DNA from: Actinomycetota bacterium | GTDB taxonomy: Bacteria > Actinomycetota > Acidimicrobiia > Spongiisociales > ZC4RG35 | Length of the DNA stretch: 62,321 bases | Assembly: GCA_052390035.1 (NCBI GenBank) | Contig: JBQTHI010000047.1 | Coordinates: 1 to 62,321 of the forward strand | Direction: 5' to 3' | Shown here: one piece after another, positions 36,870-49,565 of the stretch | Numbering within the stretch: position 1 is the stretch's first letter | How the letters are laid out: every line of letters starts with the position of its first letter | Made by a program: the position numbers and the translations under genes | Notes under the pieces: model-generated | Seen by the model: the letters and a program-made list of their open reading frames with translations, nothing else | The model's database searches: none | What the model was told of the DNA's origin: nothing

Positions 36870-38252
36870 GTGACCGTGACCCCGGTGGCCATACCCGCCA
36901 CCACCGCCGATGTCGAGCCTCTTCTTCGCCGCGCCGGCGGCTTTCCCATTGCGATCAGGCTGCCCGGCCACTTCCTGGCCGAGCTGGACCCCGCCACCAT
37001 GGAGGGACTGTCCCGAGCGCCATGGACGTTCCTAGTCGGTGGTTGGTCGAGCCCAGTTCTGGCATCGCTCCCCGCCGGCTCGCGGCGGCTGCAGATCGAA
37101 AAGGAGCTGGACGCTCTGCGATCGGCCGGAGCGACCCGCTTCGCCGGTTACGTCGACATTGGCTGGGAGCCCGGTTTGGTGGACGTTTTTCTGGCGACCG
37201 GCCTGCCCGACGTCTTCCTCACCTGGCCTGCACCCCACCCGCTCCGTCCCGTCATTACCGACCACTTGGGCGAAGTGGTAGTCGTGTTTCCGGTCGGCTC
37301 ACCCATCTGTCCGATCTTCACCACCGATACCAGGCTCGAGGGTGAAGCGATATCTCCCGACCTGCTGCGAGCCGCCGGAACTGTCGGAAGGAGCGAGCCC
37401 GCCACCGACCGCACTTGGATGGCCCGCCTCGAAGCCGATCCCGAAGGCGCCTTGTTGTATCGGAAGATGTTGCGGCTTGCCAGTCGTCTACCCGAACGCC
37501 TCCCGCCCGAAGCCGCCGAGTGGCTGATGCTCGCCCAAGCCGGGCATTGGTTTCGAGAGCCGGACGATCGAAGCGCCGCCCACCACGCTCTGGCCACCGC
37601 CCGTCACCGGCTCGATCTAGCTCGCCGTCGATCCAGTGAGTGGGTTCGTTTGAGCCGGCTCGATTGGGATGCCGATGGCGCAGATGAACATCAGGTGGAA
37701 ACTGCCGACCTTTCGCTGGTGGTTGATCACGCCGCCTGCTCGGTTCTCTACGTCGATCACAAGTCGGCCGAGCGAACCGTTTCATATCTGCCGGGTGAGC
37801 CTTCGTGGCATCTGGCCCGGGTGCTGGCAGGTGACCGGCCGGCATGGCTCCAGGCCAAGCTGGTCGAGGCGGTTGCTGAAAAGGAATCGGCGAAGGTGGC
37901 CATGGCTGCTGACGGACTCGACATCGAAGTTTGGGTGACGGGTGGTGAGCTCTCCCTCGCCTACCGGCCGAAGCCCGGTTTCGCCTACGACCTCGTTGGT
38001 CCGGAAATATCGCTCGCCTTCGAGGGCCCGGTTACCTTGAGAGTGGACGGAGGTGATTGGCAGGAGACCAGCCAGGCTCTCGCCGTTTCCGGCCACCGCT
38101 TCCGTCTGAGTGACGGCCGCCATCAGGTGTTGCTCTCGATGGACCAACCGGGTGCCCTCTTTTCGCGTCCAGCCGTGGGCGGAACAGTGTTGTGGTTGAA
38201 CTGGCAACCGACCGGCACCGACTATCGGGTGCTGGTCAGGTTCGAGAGATGA
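36870..38252 (+). CDS. Hypothetical protein, apparently a degenerate GH57 (4-alpha-glucanotransferase-like) homolog
   Basis: QIEKE, GWEPG, LYRKML and DWDADGADE segments echo the GH57 WEP, HKRML and DFDFDG motifs. Confidence 0.45.
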   Translation: MTVTPVAIPATTADVEPLLRRAGGFPIAIRLPGHFLAELDPATMEGLSRAPWTFLVGGWSSPVLASLPAGSRRLQIEKELDALRSAGATRFAGYVDIGWEPGLVDVFLATGLPDVFLTWPAPHPLRPVITDHLGEVVVVFPVGSPICPIFTTDTRLEGEAISPDLLRAAGTVGRSEPATDRTWMARLEADPEGALLYRKMLRLASRLPERLPPEAAEWLMLAQAGHWFREPDDRSAAHHALATARHRLDLARRRSSEWVRLSRLDWDADGADEHQVETADLSLVVDHAACSVLYVDHKSAERTVSYLPGEPSWHLARVLAGDRPAWLQAKLVEAVAEKESAKVAMAADGLDIEVWVTGGELSLAYRPKPGFAYDLVGPEISLAFEGPVTLRVDGGDWQETSQALAVSGHRFRLSDGRHQVLLSMDQPGALFSRPAVGGTVLWLNWQPTGTDYRVLVRFER

Positions 38253-38279
38253 GAACCAAACGTTGGCGCAGGACGTCTA
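38252..38279 (+). promoter_or_regulatory. Candidate ECF sigma promoter (autoregulatory)
   Basis: AGAACC-N16-CGTCTA, the AAC/CGT pattern typical of ECF promoters, 23 bp upstream of an ECF gene. Confidence 0.55.
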
Positions 38280-38302
38280 CTACCCGTGGTGGAAGTCCAT
38301 CG

Positions 38303-38809
38303 ATGATGATGATCGACACGGGCGAGGTGCCGGTGGTGCGGATGCATCACGCGAACTTCGAGGACTACTACCGACTGCAGCGACAGCACATCTTTCGGGC
38401 GCTCGCCCTCACCCTCGGCGATCGGGACCTGGCCGCCGACGCGGTCGATGAAGCAATGGCACGTTCCTATCAACATTGGCGAACGGTCGCCACCTATGAC
38501 AATCAGGCCGGATGGACCTACCGGGTTGGCCTCAATTGGGCACGTTCACGGCTGCGCAAGCGGCGTAGAGAGTTTCTCACCGAGACACTCCCGGAGACAC
38601 CGACCGAGATCCAGTTTTCTGATCCCGATCTCGACCGGGCAGTGAAGAGCCTCGGCCTCGAAAGCCGGGCGGTGGTGGTCCTCCGCCATTACCTCGATTG
38701 GAGCACCGAAGATGTGGCCCGGGCCCTCCAGATACGTCCTGGGACGGTGAAAAGCCGGCTGCACCGAGCGATGAACGAGTTGCGCGCCAGATTGGAAGAT
38801 CAGTCGTGA
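38303..38809 (+). CDS. ECF RNA polymerase sigma factor (SigE-like)
   Basis: DLAADAVDEAMAR, WTYRVGLN and VVLRHYLDWSTEDVARALQIRPGTVKSRLHRA. Confidence 0.9.
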   Translation: MMMIDTGEVPVVRMHHANFEDYYRLQRQHIFRALALTLGDRDLAADAVDEAMARSYQHWRTVATYDNQAGWTYRVGLNWARSRLRKRRREFLTETLPETPTEIQFSDPDLDRAVKSLGLESRAVVVLRHYLDWSTEDVARALQIRPGTVKSRLHRAMNELRARLEDQS

Positions 38810-40305
38810 AACTAGAGGAGAGGCTTCGTCGACAGCTGACCGACACTGCCGAACATTTGATCATCTCCCCGGGCGCATACGAGGAAACGATCCGCAGAGG
38901 AAAAAGGCGTCGTTGGGCCGTGGTCACCTCGACTGTTGCCGGGACGGTGGCGGTCGGCGCCGTCGTGCTCGGTTTGGTTTCTTTCCGACCACCCGCTCCG
39001 ATCGCGCCCTCGGCAACAACAACCACTGGCGTCCCGGCGCCCGTCGAGATAGCCGGTGTCGCCGTCGCTGGCCCGGAAGGTGTCACCGTCCTGTCATATG
39101 ACGGCCAGCAGGTCGACCTCGCCTCCGATGCCAACTACGAGGGTATTGCCTGGGTGGTCGGTGATGGCATCGGCGGGCTGATATTCACCCACGAGGTGAC
39201 CCCACTCCCCTGGCCCCAAGGAAGCATCATGCGTCTCCGGGCCGGAGCCACCGCCCCACTGGTAATAGTGGCGGCGAAGGCCGGGGAACACCTCCGTCCG
39301 CTGGCCGTCGAGCAAGGTCTGCTCCTTTACCGCCACGATCTGGAGGGGGTCTCCCGGATTCTCACCTTCGACCTGTCGACCGGGTCCACAACCGAAGTGG
39401 TGCCCCCTTCCGAACGGCTCGTGGCGGCGTCTGCTGCCAGCGGCCTCGTCGTCGTGGCGTTTGGCGGAGACTGTGGCCGTCTCGCCTATCACCATCTCGA
39501 TGGGACCGATGCCCCGGTTCCTCCCTGGGACGGCGGGGGTTGTCTCCCGGCCTCGTTGAACGACCTCGCTTTTACCGGCGAGCACCTCTACACCCTGGAG
39601 GACTCCGACATCCGGCGACTGGTTCGCCGCGACTTCTCGACCGGCGAGAGCCTGGCGATCGAAGCCGGCGATGCGTGGGCGGTGGATGCTTTGCCGGATG
39701 GCACCGTCGCCCTCGGGGGGGCCGAGGTGGTGGTGGGCCGGGTCAACTCCGAGCGCTTCGATCCGATTGTCCGGGTGCCGAGCGCCAACTCCTTCGACCT
39801 GGTCACTGTCGGTGCCTTCGGTGAAAACGCCACGCTGGGCTCGGGATTGGGCGAGCTGCCCTGCAACCCGCTCGACCTCCCCGCCCCCGGGCCCCAGGGC
39901 CTCCCTTCCGCTGTTGAGACCCGACGAGCGGAGCTCTTCACATTGGCGGCCGACTGCCAGATGGAGCACCTCGCCGAGATTGCCCGGGCCGAAGCGACCG
40001 CGTTCAGCTTTGGAGGCGAAACCGATCCGCTGCGGTCATGGATTCGGAGCGCCCGGCTTGGCTTTGACGTGATGACCATGATGGTGCGGATCTTCGGTGC
40101 CACCCCGGTGCAAGGTGCCGATGGGGTTTATGCCTGGCCCGCCGTCCACGTCACCAATGCCGAGACCGACTGGCAAGAACTCTCGGGCATCTTGTCCGCC
40201 GCCGAATACGAACAGCTCCACGGGTTGGCCGACAGCGGCTACCTCGGGCTCCGGATCGGCATCGCCCCCGACGGGGACTGGGAATACGTGATCGCCGGGG
40301 ACTAG
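38806..40305 (+). CDS. Single-pass membrane protein with large extracytoplasmic domain, putative anti-sigma factor
   Basis: LEERLRRQL N-terminus, RRGKRRR followed by TM, Pro/Thr linker. GTGA overlap with the sigma gene. Confidence 0.65.
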   Translation: MKLEERLRRQLTDTAEHLIISPGAYEETIRRGKRRRWAVVTSTVAGTVAVGAVVLGLVSFRPPAPIAPSATTTTGVPAPVEIAGVAVAGPEGVTVLSYDGQQVDLASDANYEGIAWVVGDGIGGLIFTHEVTPLPWPQGSIMRLRAGATAPLVIVAAKAGEHLRPLAVEQGLLLYRHDLEGVSRILTFDLSTGSTTEVVPPSERLVAASAASGLVVVAFGGDCGRLAYHHLDGTDAPVPPWDGGGCLPASLNDLAFTGEHLYTLEDSDIRRLVRRDFSTGESLAIEAGDAWAVDALPDGTVALGGAEVVVGRVNSERFDPIVRVPSANSFDLVTVGAFGENATLGSGLGELPCNPLDLPAPGPQGLPSAVETRRAELFTLAADCQMEHLAEIARAEATAFSFGGETDPLRSWIRSARLGFDVMTMMVRIFGATPVQGADGVYAWPAVHVTNAETDWQELSGILSAAEYEQLHGLADSGYLGLRIGIAPDGDWEYVIAGD

Positions 40306-41351
40306 GTGGGCGCCACGATGGCCGCCAGAATCGTGTCGAAAGCCTTTTCCAGGTCGGCCAGCGCCACACTCTCCTCCGCCTGGTGGGCCTCTCCGGTCTC
40401 CCCCGGCCCGTAGTTGACTGCGGCGATGCCGTAGGCGGCGAAGCGGGCGACGTCGGTCCACCCCTGTTTGGCCGTCATCGATGAACCGGAGACCCCGGCC
40501 AGCTTGGCGAGGAAGGCCGCTTCGGTATCAACCGGGCCGGCGGGAGCGGCATCGACGATCTCCAATTGGTTGGCTGGGGCGCACACTTCTGCGATGAGAG
40601 CTCTCGCCTCTTCCAGCGATCGCCCGGGGGCGAACCTGTAGTTGAGGTTGAGATTGAAGGTCGGGGGGATGACGTTGTTGGCAATGCCACCGGCGGCTCG
40701 GGTGACAGACATCACCTCGTGATAGATGAGGCCGGCAATCTCGAACGGCTCGGGTGCGCGGCTATGCATATCCGCCAGCCACCGGCCCGCCTTCGATATG
40801 GCGTTCTCGCCCAGCCAGGGACGAGCCGAATGCGCCGACTTTCCTTCGAATGTCACCCGGGCGTTGATGATCCCGTTGCAGCCGACCTGAAGCTCCCCGT
40901 CCGAAGGTTCGAGTACTACGGCAAACTCGGCGTCGTACACCCAGGTCGCCTCTCGCAGGACCAGTTCAAGCTCATTGCCGTGCGACGGTCCCTCCTCGCC
41001 TGCATAGAAAATGCCCACCACGTCGTATGGCCCGAGCAGCACCCGAGGGTCCTCGAGCAAATGGATCATCACCGCCAAGCCGGCCTTCATGTCCGACGCT
41101 CCCAGGCCGTGAAGCCGACCGTCCTCGACCCGGGCTTGACCCTGGCCCTGGGACGGGACGGTGTCCAGATGCCCGGCCAGGATCAGCAAAGGCCGTCCCA
41201 TCCGTCGACCGGTGATCAAAGAGTTTCCGATCCGGTCGATTGCATCCCTTCCGACGCTTTCGTAGAGGCGGGCCGCCACCTCGGTACAGATCCGCCCTTC
41301 ATCACCGGTGACCGAGGGGATGTCGACCAGCCAGCCGAGAGTCTCGGTCAT
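40302..41351 (-). CDS. dapE: Succinyl-diaminopimelate desuccinylase
   Basis: AGHLDTVP, GASDMK, EE, AHSARPW, GWTDVARF and GPG..AH. Confidence 0.92.
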   Translation of the reverse strand: MTETLGWLVDIPSVTGDEGRICTEVAARLYESVGRDAIDRIGNSLITGRRMGRPLLILAGHLDTVPSQGQGQARVEDGRLHGLGASDMKAGLAVMIHLLEDPRVLLGPYDVVGIFYAGEEGPSHGNELELVLREATWVYDAEFAVVLEPSDGELQVGCNGIINARVTFEGKSAHSARPWLGENAISKAGRWLADMHSRAPEPFEIAGLIYHEVMSVTRAAGGIANNVIPPTFNLNLNYRFAPGRSLEEARALIAEVCAPANQLEIVDAAPAGPVDTEAAFLAKLAGVSGSSMTAKQGWTDVARFAAYGIAAVNYGPGETGEAHQAEESVALADLEKAFDTILAAIVAPT

Positions 41352-41356
41352 ACCGG

Positions 41357-42160
41357 TCAAAGGTCGACTCCAAGCTCGCGGAGGTATCGGTTCAGGTTGG
41401 TTTTCTCCTCGGTCGCTTCGGTGCGGCTCCCGATGATGAGGGCGCAACCGAGTTGGTAGGTGCCGGCTGGGAACCGTTTGGGCCTGGTGCCGGGAACGAC
41501 CACCGATCCGGCCGGGACCCTGCCCCGGTATTCGATCGGCTCCGGACCGGTGACATCAATGATCGGCGTGTTGGCGGCGATGACGGTGTGGGCCCCGATC
41601 ACCGCCTTCTCCTCCACTATGGCTCCTTCGACCACGATCGAACGACTGCCTATGAATGCCCCGTCTTCGATGATGACCGGCCGAAGTCCCGGTGGTTCCA
41701 ACACCCCACCAATCCCCACCCCACCGGAAAGGTGGACATTGCGGCCGATCTGGGCGCACGAACCGACCGTCGCCCAGGTGTCCACCATGGTTCCGGCCCC
41801 TACCCGTGCTCCGATGTTGACGTAGCCAGGCATGACGATCACCCCCGGCTCGCAAAAGGCGCCGTACCGAACGGTTCCAGGAGGCACCACCCTCACTCCT
41901 TGTCCCGCCAGGTCGGTCTTCAATGGGATCTTGTCGTGGTATTCGAAGGGCCCGACGCGCATGGTCTCCATCCCCCGGAGCCGGAAGTAGAGAAGGATGG
42001 CCTCCATCAACCAACCGTTGACCCGCCATTCACCATCAACCTTCTCGGCCACCCGGAGGCTGCCCTTGTCAAGTCCTTCGATCGCTTCTTCGACGGCCTG
42101 CGTTGCCTCCGCCAGCGGGATGGCGCCCGAGAATGCCGCCTCGATTACCTCCCGAGACAT
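41357..42160 (-). CDS. dapD: Tetrahydrodipicolinate N-succinyltransferase
   Basis: DKIPLK, RVVPP and VDTWATVGSCAQIGRNVHLSGGVGIGGVLEP. Confidence 0.95.
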   Translation of the reverse strand: MSREVIEAAFSGAIPLAEATQAVEEAIEGLDKGSLRVAEKVDGEWRVNGWLMEAILLYFRLRGMETMRVGPFEYHDKIPLKTDLAGQGVRVVPPGTVRYGAFCEPGVIVMPGYVNIGARVGAGTMVDTWATVGSCAQIGRNVHLSGGVGIGGVLEPPGLRPVIIEDGAFIGSRSIVVEGAIVEEKAVIGAHTVIAANTPIIDVTGPEPIEYRGRVPAGSVVVPGTRPKRFPAGTYQLGCALIIGSRTEATEEKTNLNRYLRELGVDL

Positions 42161-43287
42161 AGCACCAGCGCCTCGGCGGCGTCGTCACATTCGTCGAGAG
42201 TGGGCACTAGAGCCAGCCGTATGTGGCCTTCACCGCCGGCGCCAAAGCCTCGACCGGGGGTCACCAGGATTCCATCCTCCAGCAGGCGTTCAGAGGTGGC
42301 CAGGTCGTCATCGACCCGGACCCACAGATAGATCCCGGCCACCGAGCCAACCACCTCGTAGCCGAGAGAGGCGAAAGCTTTGCCGATGATCAGTCGTTTG
42401 CGCCGGAATATTTCACGGCGTTCTTCGACGTGACGGTCATCACTCCACGCAACGATCGCCGCCTCCTGGACAAATTCGGGTGAGGCAGTACCGGTGGACG
42501 AACGCAGCGATTTGATCAGGGTGATCGCCTCCGCATCCCCGACGATCGCTCCGGAGCGATAGCCGGTCAATCCAGACCTCTTGGAAAGAGAGAAGAAGGC
42601 GAGGCAACCGACCGAACCCGCCCGCGCCACCTGCAATATCGAAGCCGGCGGAGCCTCATCGTAGAGGTCGGCGTAACACTCATCGGAGCAGAGCAGCGCC
42701 CCGTAGGTGCGAGCGGCGGCATAGAGAGCGGTCAGCTCCTCGGCCGTGGTGACCGAACCCGCCGGGTTGTGCGGCGTGCAGGTCCACACCATCGAAGCTT
42801 TCGCCCAATCCGCCGCCGGAAGATCAGATGCATGAAACACGAAGTCCGATCCGAGCTTGACCGGTCGGGGCACGGCGCCGGCCAGCAACGCACCCCTTTC
42901 GTAAATGGGATAACCGGGAGTGGGCCACGCCACCAGGTCACCGCGGCTTCGATCGACGAAGGCGAGATGGGTGGAGAAGATCGCCTCTTTGGAACCGGAA
43001 GTGGGCATGACCTGAGTCTCGGGATCGACCTCTACTCCAAAGCGTCGGACGACATACGAGGCGACTGCCCGGCGAAGGCCCGGGAGTCCTGAGGTGGTCG
43101 GGTACTGCGACACCTCGGGTACCGCGGCTTTCAGGGCGGCCGGGATGGTGGGGTGGGTCGGCTCGCGAGGGTCGCCGATGGAGAAATCGAGTACCCGGCG
43201 GCCGGACCCCCTCAAGGTTCTGGCCTTTTCCTGGAGTCGGCCGATGGGATATTCGCCCAGGGCGAGGAGGGCCGGGTTGATTCGCAT
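42145..43287 (-). CDS. dapC: N-succinyldiaminopimelate aminotransferase
   Basis: Class I/II PLP motifs (PHNPAG, SDECY, SLSKRSGLTGYRSG); operon with dapD and dapE. Confidence 0.85.
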   Translation of the reverse strand: MRINPALLALGEYPIGRLQEKARTLRGSGRRVLDFSIGDPREPTHPTIPAALKAAVPEVSQYPTTSGLPGLRRAVASYVVRRFGVEVDPETQVMPTSGSKEAIFSTHLAFVDRSRGDLVAWPTPGYPIYERGALLAGAVPRPVKLGSDFVFHASDLPAADWAKASMVWTCTPHNPAGSVTTAEELTALYAAARTYGALLCSDECYADLYDEAPPASILQVARAGSVGCLAFFSLSKRSGLTGYRSGAIVGDAEAITLIKSLRSSTGTASPEFVQEAAIVAWSDDRHVEERREIFRRKRLIIGKAFASLGYEVVGSVAGIYLWVRVDDDLATSERLLEDGILVTPGRGFGAGGEGHIRLALVPTLDECDDAAEALVLCLGR

Positions 43288-43376
43288 CACAGGCAACGGT
43301 AGTGGGGCGTCCTTGCCGATTTTCGCGCCGTGGCGGTGCGGAAATCGTCACAGAACCGGGGAGTTAGGCTCGAAGG

Positions 43377-43790
43377 GTGGAACCTCGCCGCGCGTTTCTC
43401 TACCGGCTGATCTACCTCGGGATCGGACTGACGGCCCTTGCGGCGATCGCCCTCGGGGCGGCCTTCGGAGGCGAAGGGGAGCCGGCGCCGCTCCCCGCTC
43501 CGCTTGAGTCGATCAGCCCTGCACCTCACGAGTCCGCCCTGGCTCAGGCCTTGATTGAAGTAGACCTCGCCACTGGATTCGTGGCCGAGATCTTCGTCGA
43601 CGGGTTCCCCATCCCTCCCTCCGAAGTCTCGTTTGTCGAAGCGACCGGGGTTCATAGCTGGCAGCCCCACCCGGAGAGTGTGGTGTTCTCCGCTTGGACC
43701 CCCGGCACCCACGAAGTGAGAGTTGTCTGGGACACCATCGCCGGTCTTCCGCAACCCGGCGAATACAGCTGGACGTTCCGGGTGCAATGA
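43377..43790 (+). CDS. Membrane-anchored hypothetical protein
   Basis: N-terminal TM, beta-rich C-terminus ending YSWTFRVQ. Confidence 0.6.
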   Translation: MEPRRAFLYRLIYLGIGLTALAAIALGAAFGGEGEPAPLPAPLESISPAPHESALAQALIEVDLATGFVAEIFVDGFPIPPSEVSFVEATGVHSWQPHPESVVFSAWTPGTHEVRVVWDTIAGLPQPGEYSWTFRVQ

Positions 43791-43791
43791 T

Positions 43792-46292
<2,501 letters not shown>

Positions 46293-46535
46293 TCAGGCCC
46301 TTCGATCGGAACGAAGCGTTCGGGCTGCCGCCAGGGTGACCAACTCGTAACGGCGCAGATCCAAGTTGGCGCGAATGGTGAGGATCAGCCGGGACCAGGC
46401 GTCATGGACCTCCGGCCGGTTCGACAACATAGCCACGTAATTCGGCAGGTAGCCATTGGCCTTCCTGGCTTTCTCGTACTGCTCGGCCACCAGGCCGGCG
46501 GCTTCGGACTCGGCGACTGTGGTCAGAAACGACAT
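46293..46535 (-). pseudogene. Truncated AhpD/carboxymuconolactone decarboxylase-like (peroxidase-related) gene
   Basis: GYLPNY...RRYELVTLAAARTLRS matches the family N-terminal half but stops where the Cys/His motif should follow. Confidence 0.55.
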
Positions 46536-46544
46536 GATCTCTCC

Positions 46545-47594
46545 TCAGTGGGTGGCGGTGACGATGCCGCTGCCGAGCACAGTGTCGCCGGAATAGAGGG
46601 CTGCCGTCTGCCCGGTGGCGATGGCCGTTTGCTTGGCGACGAAGTCGACCCGGCCGTCGGCCCACACCGCGGCGACAGCCTGTCCGTGCGCCCGATATTG
46701 GACATCCACTTCGGCTCCATCCACCGGGGGTTGGTCGACCCAGGTGACCTGTTCCAGATCCAGCCGACCGACCTGCAACAGAGCTCGTTCACCCACCACC
46801 ACGGTTCGGGTTGCTGGTCGAACCTCGATCACGTATCGCCGCTCCCCCAACGCCACTCCCACCCCGCGGCGCTGGCCGATCGTAAAGCCGGCCACGCCCT
46901 GGTGGGTTCCAAGCTGTCGACCGGTGGTGTCAACGATCGCTCCGGGAGCCAAGCTCGATGGATCAACCTGGCGGAGGAAGTCGCGGTAGTGGCGCCGGCC
47001 CACAAAACATATGTCCTGGCTATCCGGCTTGTGGGCGGTCCTCAGTCCCAACCGGGCAGCAATCTGTCGAGTTTCACTCTTGTCAAGCTCACCAACCGGG
47101 AGGCGAAGCACGGCCAGTTCTTTCTGGGTCAACATCGAAAGGACATACGACTGGTCTTTAGCCCGGTCTTTGCCCCGTCGCAGCCGATAACCGCCTTGGT
47201 CCCGATCGACCCTGGCGTAGTGACCGGTCACCAGGAGCTCGCACCCGAAGTCGACGGCGTGAGCGATCAGCTTGTCGAACTTGACCGTGCGATTGCATTC
47301 GATGCAGGGGTTGGGGGTGCGGCCGTGGCGGTAGTCGTCGACAAAACCGTCGACCACCCCCGCCCGGAAGTGGTCGGTGTAATCCAGGACGTAGTAGGGA
47401 ATATCTAATTGAGCGGCGACCCGGCGGGCGTCTTCTGCGTCTCCGACCGTGCAGCAACCGGCGGCGGGAACCTCCCCGCCGGGACCTGTCCACAGTCTGA
47501 GGGTGACCCCCATCACGTCATGGCCTTCGCCTTTCATGAGGGCGGCGGCTACCGACGAGTCCACTCCGCCTGACATGGCCACCAGCACCCTCAC
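46545..47594 (-). CDS. mnmA: tRNA 2-thiouridylase
   Basis: AMSGGVDS, TPNPCIECN, TGHYAR, KDQSYVL and DSQDICF. Confidence 0.96.
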   Translation of the reverse strand: MRVLVAMSGGVDSSVAAALMKGEGHDVMGVTLRLWTGPGGEVPAAGCCTVGDAEDARRVAAQLDIPYYVLDYTDHFRAGVVDGFVDDYRHGRTPNPCIECNRTVKFDKLIAHAVDFGCELLVTGHYARVDRDQGGYRLRRGKDRAKDQSYVLSMLTQKELAVLRLPVGELDKSETRQIAARLGLRTAHKPDSQDICFVGRRHYRDFLRQVDPSSLAPGAIVDTTGRQLGTHQGVAGFTIGQRRGVGVALGERRYVIEVRPATRTVVVGERALLQVGRLDLEQVTWVDQPPVDGAEVDVQYRAHGQAVAAVWADGRVDFVAKQTAIATGQTAALYSGDTVLGSGIVTATH

Positions 47595-48709
47595 GACCGA
47601 CCCTCCAGAGCTTTCAGCACCAATTCGGCGGCCTCTTCTGCCTCTGCCGGCCGGGAGGTCCACCCGAACGAAAATCTCAATGAGTGTCTGGCCTCGGTGG
47701 CCTCGAGCCCCATCGCCGTCAGGACGTGGGAAACCGTGGCGGCCCCCGATGAACACGCCGAGCCGGCCGAGGCCGCCAGGCCGAGGCGGTCGAGTCGGAC
47801 CAGCATGGTGTCGGCCTCGACCGGTAGCCGGAGATGGCAGTGCTGGGGCGAGGTGAGGTCATCCGGTACGGTGCGCTCGGCGCGATCGGACAGTTTCGCC
47901 TCGAACCGGCGGCGGGCTTCGGTCACCGTGGCGACGTAGGAGGCGCGGTCGGCCGCCGCTTCCATTGCCGCCACCATGCCCAGAATCCCGGCGACGTTGT
48001 GGGTTCCGCTTCTACGCCCCAGTTCCTGACCGCCGCCATGAAGCACGGGCTCCAGCCCAACCCCGGAGCGGACATACAACAGACCAACCCCCTGCGGCCC
48101 GCCGAACTTGTGGGCGCCAAGCGAGAGCAGGTCGACTCCCAGCCGCCCGACTCCCAGGTCAACGGCGGGATAGGCCTGGATGGCGTCGGTGTGGACCAGG
48201 GTTGCCGGATTAGCTCCTTTGACCGTTTCAACCACGTCGGCAACCGGTTGGATCGTTCCGGTCTCATTGTTGACCGTCATCACCGAAACGACTGCCGTGT
48301 CCGTATTGACCAGATCCGCCAACTGCTCGGGGTCCACCACCCCGAACCTATCCACCCCGGCAACGTTGGTCGGGCAGCCGAGTTTGGCCAGGAAGGAGGT
48401 CGTCTCGAGGACGGCCTCGTGTTCGGTGGCGACCGTCACCACCCCCCTCCGGCCGCCCGCGTTGAGGGCCGGGCCCAGCAGGGCCAAGGTGTCCGCCTCG
48501 GTTCCGCCGCCGGTGAAAACGATCTCCGTCGGCTGTGCGCCAATCAGGGCGGCGGCGCGTTCCCTAGCCTCCTCTAAGGCGTTTTTCACCCGCCGGCTGA
48601 CCCCGTGGCTACCGGAGGTGTTCCCGAAGGCCCCCTCGAGGAATGGTCTCATCGCCGCGGCTGCTTCCGGGCGGAGCGGAGTGGTAGCGGCGTGGTCGAG
48701 ATAGATCAC
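47591..48709 (-). CDS. iscS: Cysteine desulfurase (IscS/NifS-like)
   Basis: YLDHAATTP, NNETG, HTDAIQ, AHKFGGP and SAGSACSS. Confidence 0.9.
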   Translation of the reverse strand: MIYLDHAATTPLRPEAAAAMRPFLEGAFGNTSGSHGVSRRVKNALEEARERAAALIGAQPTEIVFTGGGTEADTLALLGPALNAGGRRGVVTVATEHEAVLETTSFLAKLGCPTNVAGVDRFGVVDPEQLADLVNTDTAVVSVMTVNNETGTIQPVADVVETVKGANPATLVHTDAIQAYPAVDLGVGRLGVDLLSLGAHKFGGPQGVGLLYVRSGVGLEPVLHGGGQELGRRSGTHNVAGILGMVAAMEAAADRASYVATVTEARRRFEAKLSDRAERTVPDDLTSPQHCHLRLPVEADTMLVRLDRLGLAASAGSACSSGAATVSHVLTAMGLEATEARHSLRFSFGWTSRPAEAEEAAELVLKALEGRS

Positions 48710-48731
48710 GGCTGGATTGTCGCACGGCCGC

Positions 48732-49556
48732 TCACCCTCCCAGTCCGGGGAGGATCTCTTCTGTGAACTGGTCCAGCCGCCGCTTGCCCTCCGTCGGCCA
48801 ACCAACGATCAGGTAACCGACCCCGAGTCCGGCCAGCTTCTCATAAGCGCTCTTGACCCCGTCCCATGGTTCGGAGATCGAGAGACTCGAGGACCGCAGG
48901 ATTCGATCCGGGTCGCGGTCCGCCTTCTCCGCCGAGCGCCGGACGATGTCCCATTTGGCCTGGTAATCCCGCGACCATCCGTGCCAGGCGTCGGCCTGTC
49001 GCCCAACCAAAGGGAGACCGAGTTGGCGACCGTTGGCACCGATCCAGATCGGCGGATGTGGGCGTTGCACCGGAAGCGGCCGGTATCGCGCCCGGTCGAG
49101 GCGGTAATGCCGGCCCTCAAAGGAGACCCGATCGCCGGTGGTGAGCAGCCTGAAAACCTCGACCGCCTCCTCCAGGCGCTGCATGCGCTCTTTGGTCGGG
49201 GGTAGAGATATGCCGAGCGATCTGTGCTCGTTTTCGTTCCAGGCGGCGCCAACGGCGAACTCAAGACGGCCGTTGCTCACATGATCGACTGTCACCGCCT
49301 CGGTGGTGAGAACGGATGGGTGCCGGTGGGTGATCCCGGTGACCAGAGTCCCCAGCCGTATCCGGCGGGTGCTGGCCGCCAACGCTGCCAGGAGCGTCCA
49401 ACCTTCCAGACACGGCCCCAATGGATCCCCATAGAGAGCGGTGAAGTGATCAAAGACCCAGGCGCCGTCGAATCCTGCCTCCTCGGCAAAACGGACCCGA
49501 GCGAGGAGTTCGTCCCAGGTGAGCTGATGTTGGGAGACGTCGAGACCGAGCCGCAT
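48732..49556 (-). CDS. LLM class (probably F420-dependent) oxidoreductase
   Basis: WVFDHF, EGWTLLAALA, RLGTLVTG, VDHVSNGR and PPIWIG. Confidence 0.85.
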   Translation of the reverse strand: MRLGLDVSQHQLTWDELLARVRFAEEAGFDGAWVFDHFTALYGDPLGPCLEGWTLLAALAASTRRIRLGTLVTGITHRHPSVLTTEAVTVDHVSNGRLEFAVGAAWNENEHRSLGISLPPTKERMQRLEEAVEVFRLLTTGDRVSFEGRHYRLDRARYRPLPVQRPHPPIWIGANGRQLGLPLVGRQADAWHGWSRDYQAKWDIVRRSAEKADRDPDRILRSSSLSISEPWDGVKSAYEKLAGLGVGYLIVGWPTEGKRRLDQFTEEILPGLGG

Positions 49557-49565
49557 CCGTGGACC

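Noticed and set aside
46293-46295. Selenocysteine readthrough of the AhpD-like TGA
   Set aside because: The codon is followed immediately by the PRTase start, not the missing AhpD half, and there is no CxxU context.
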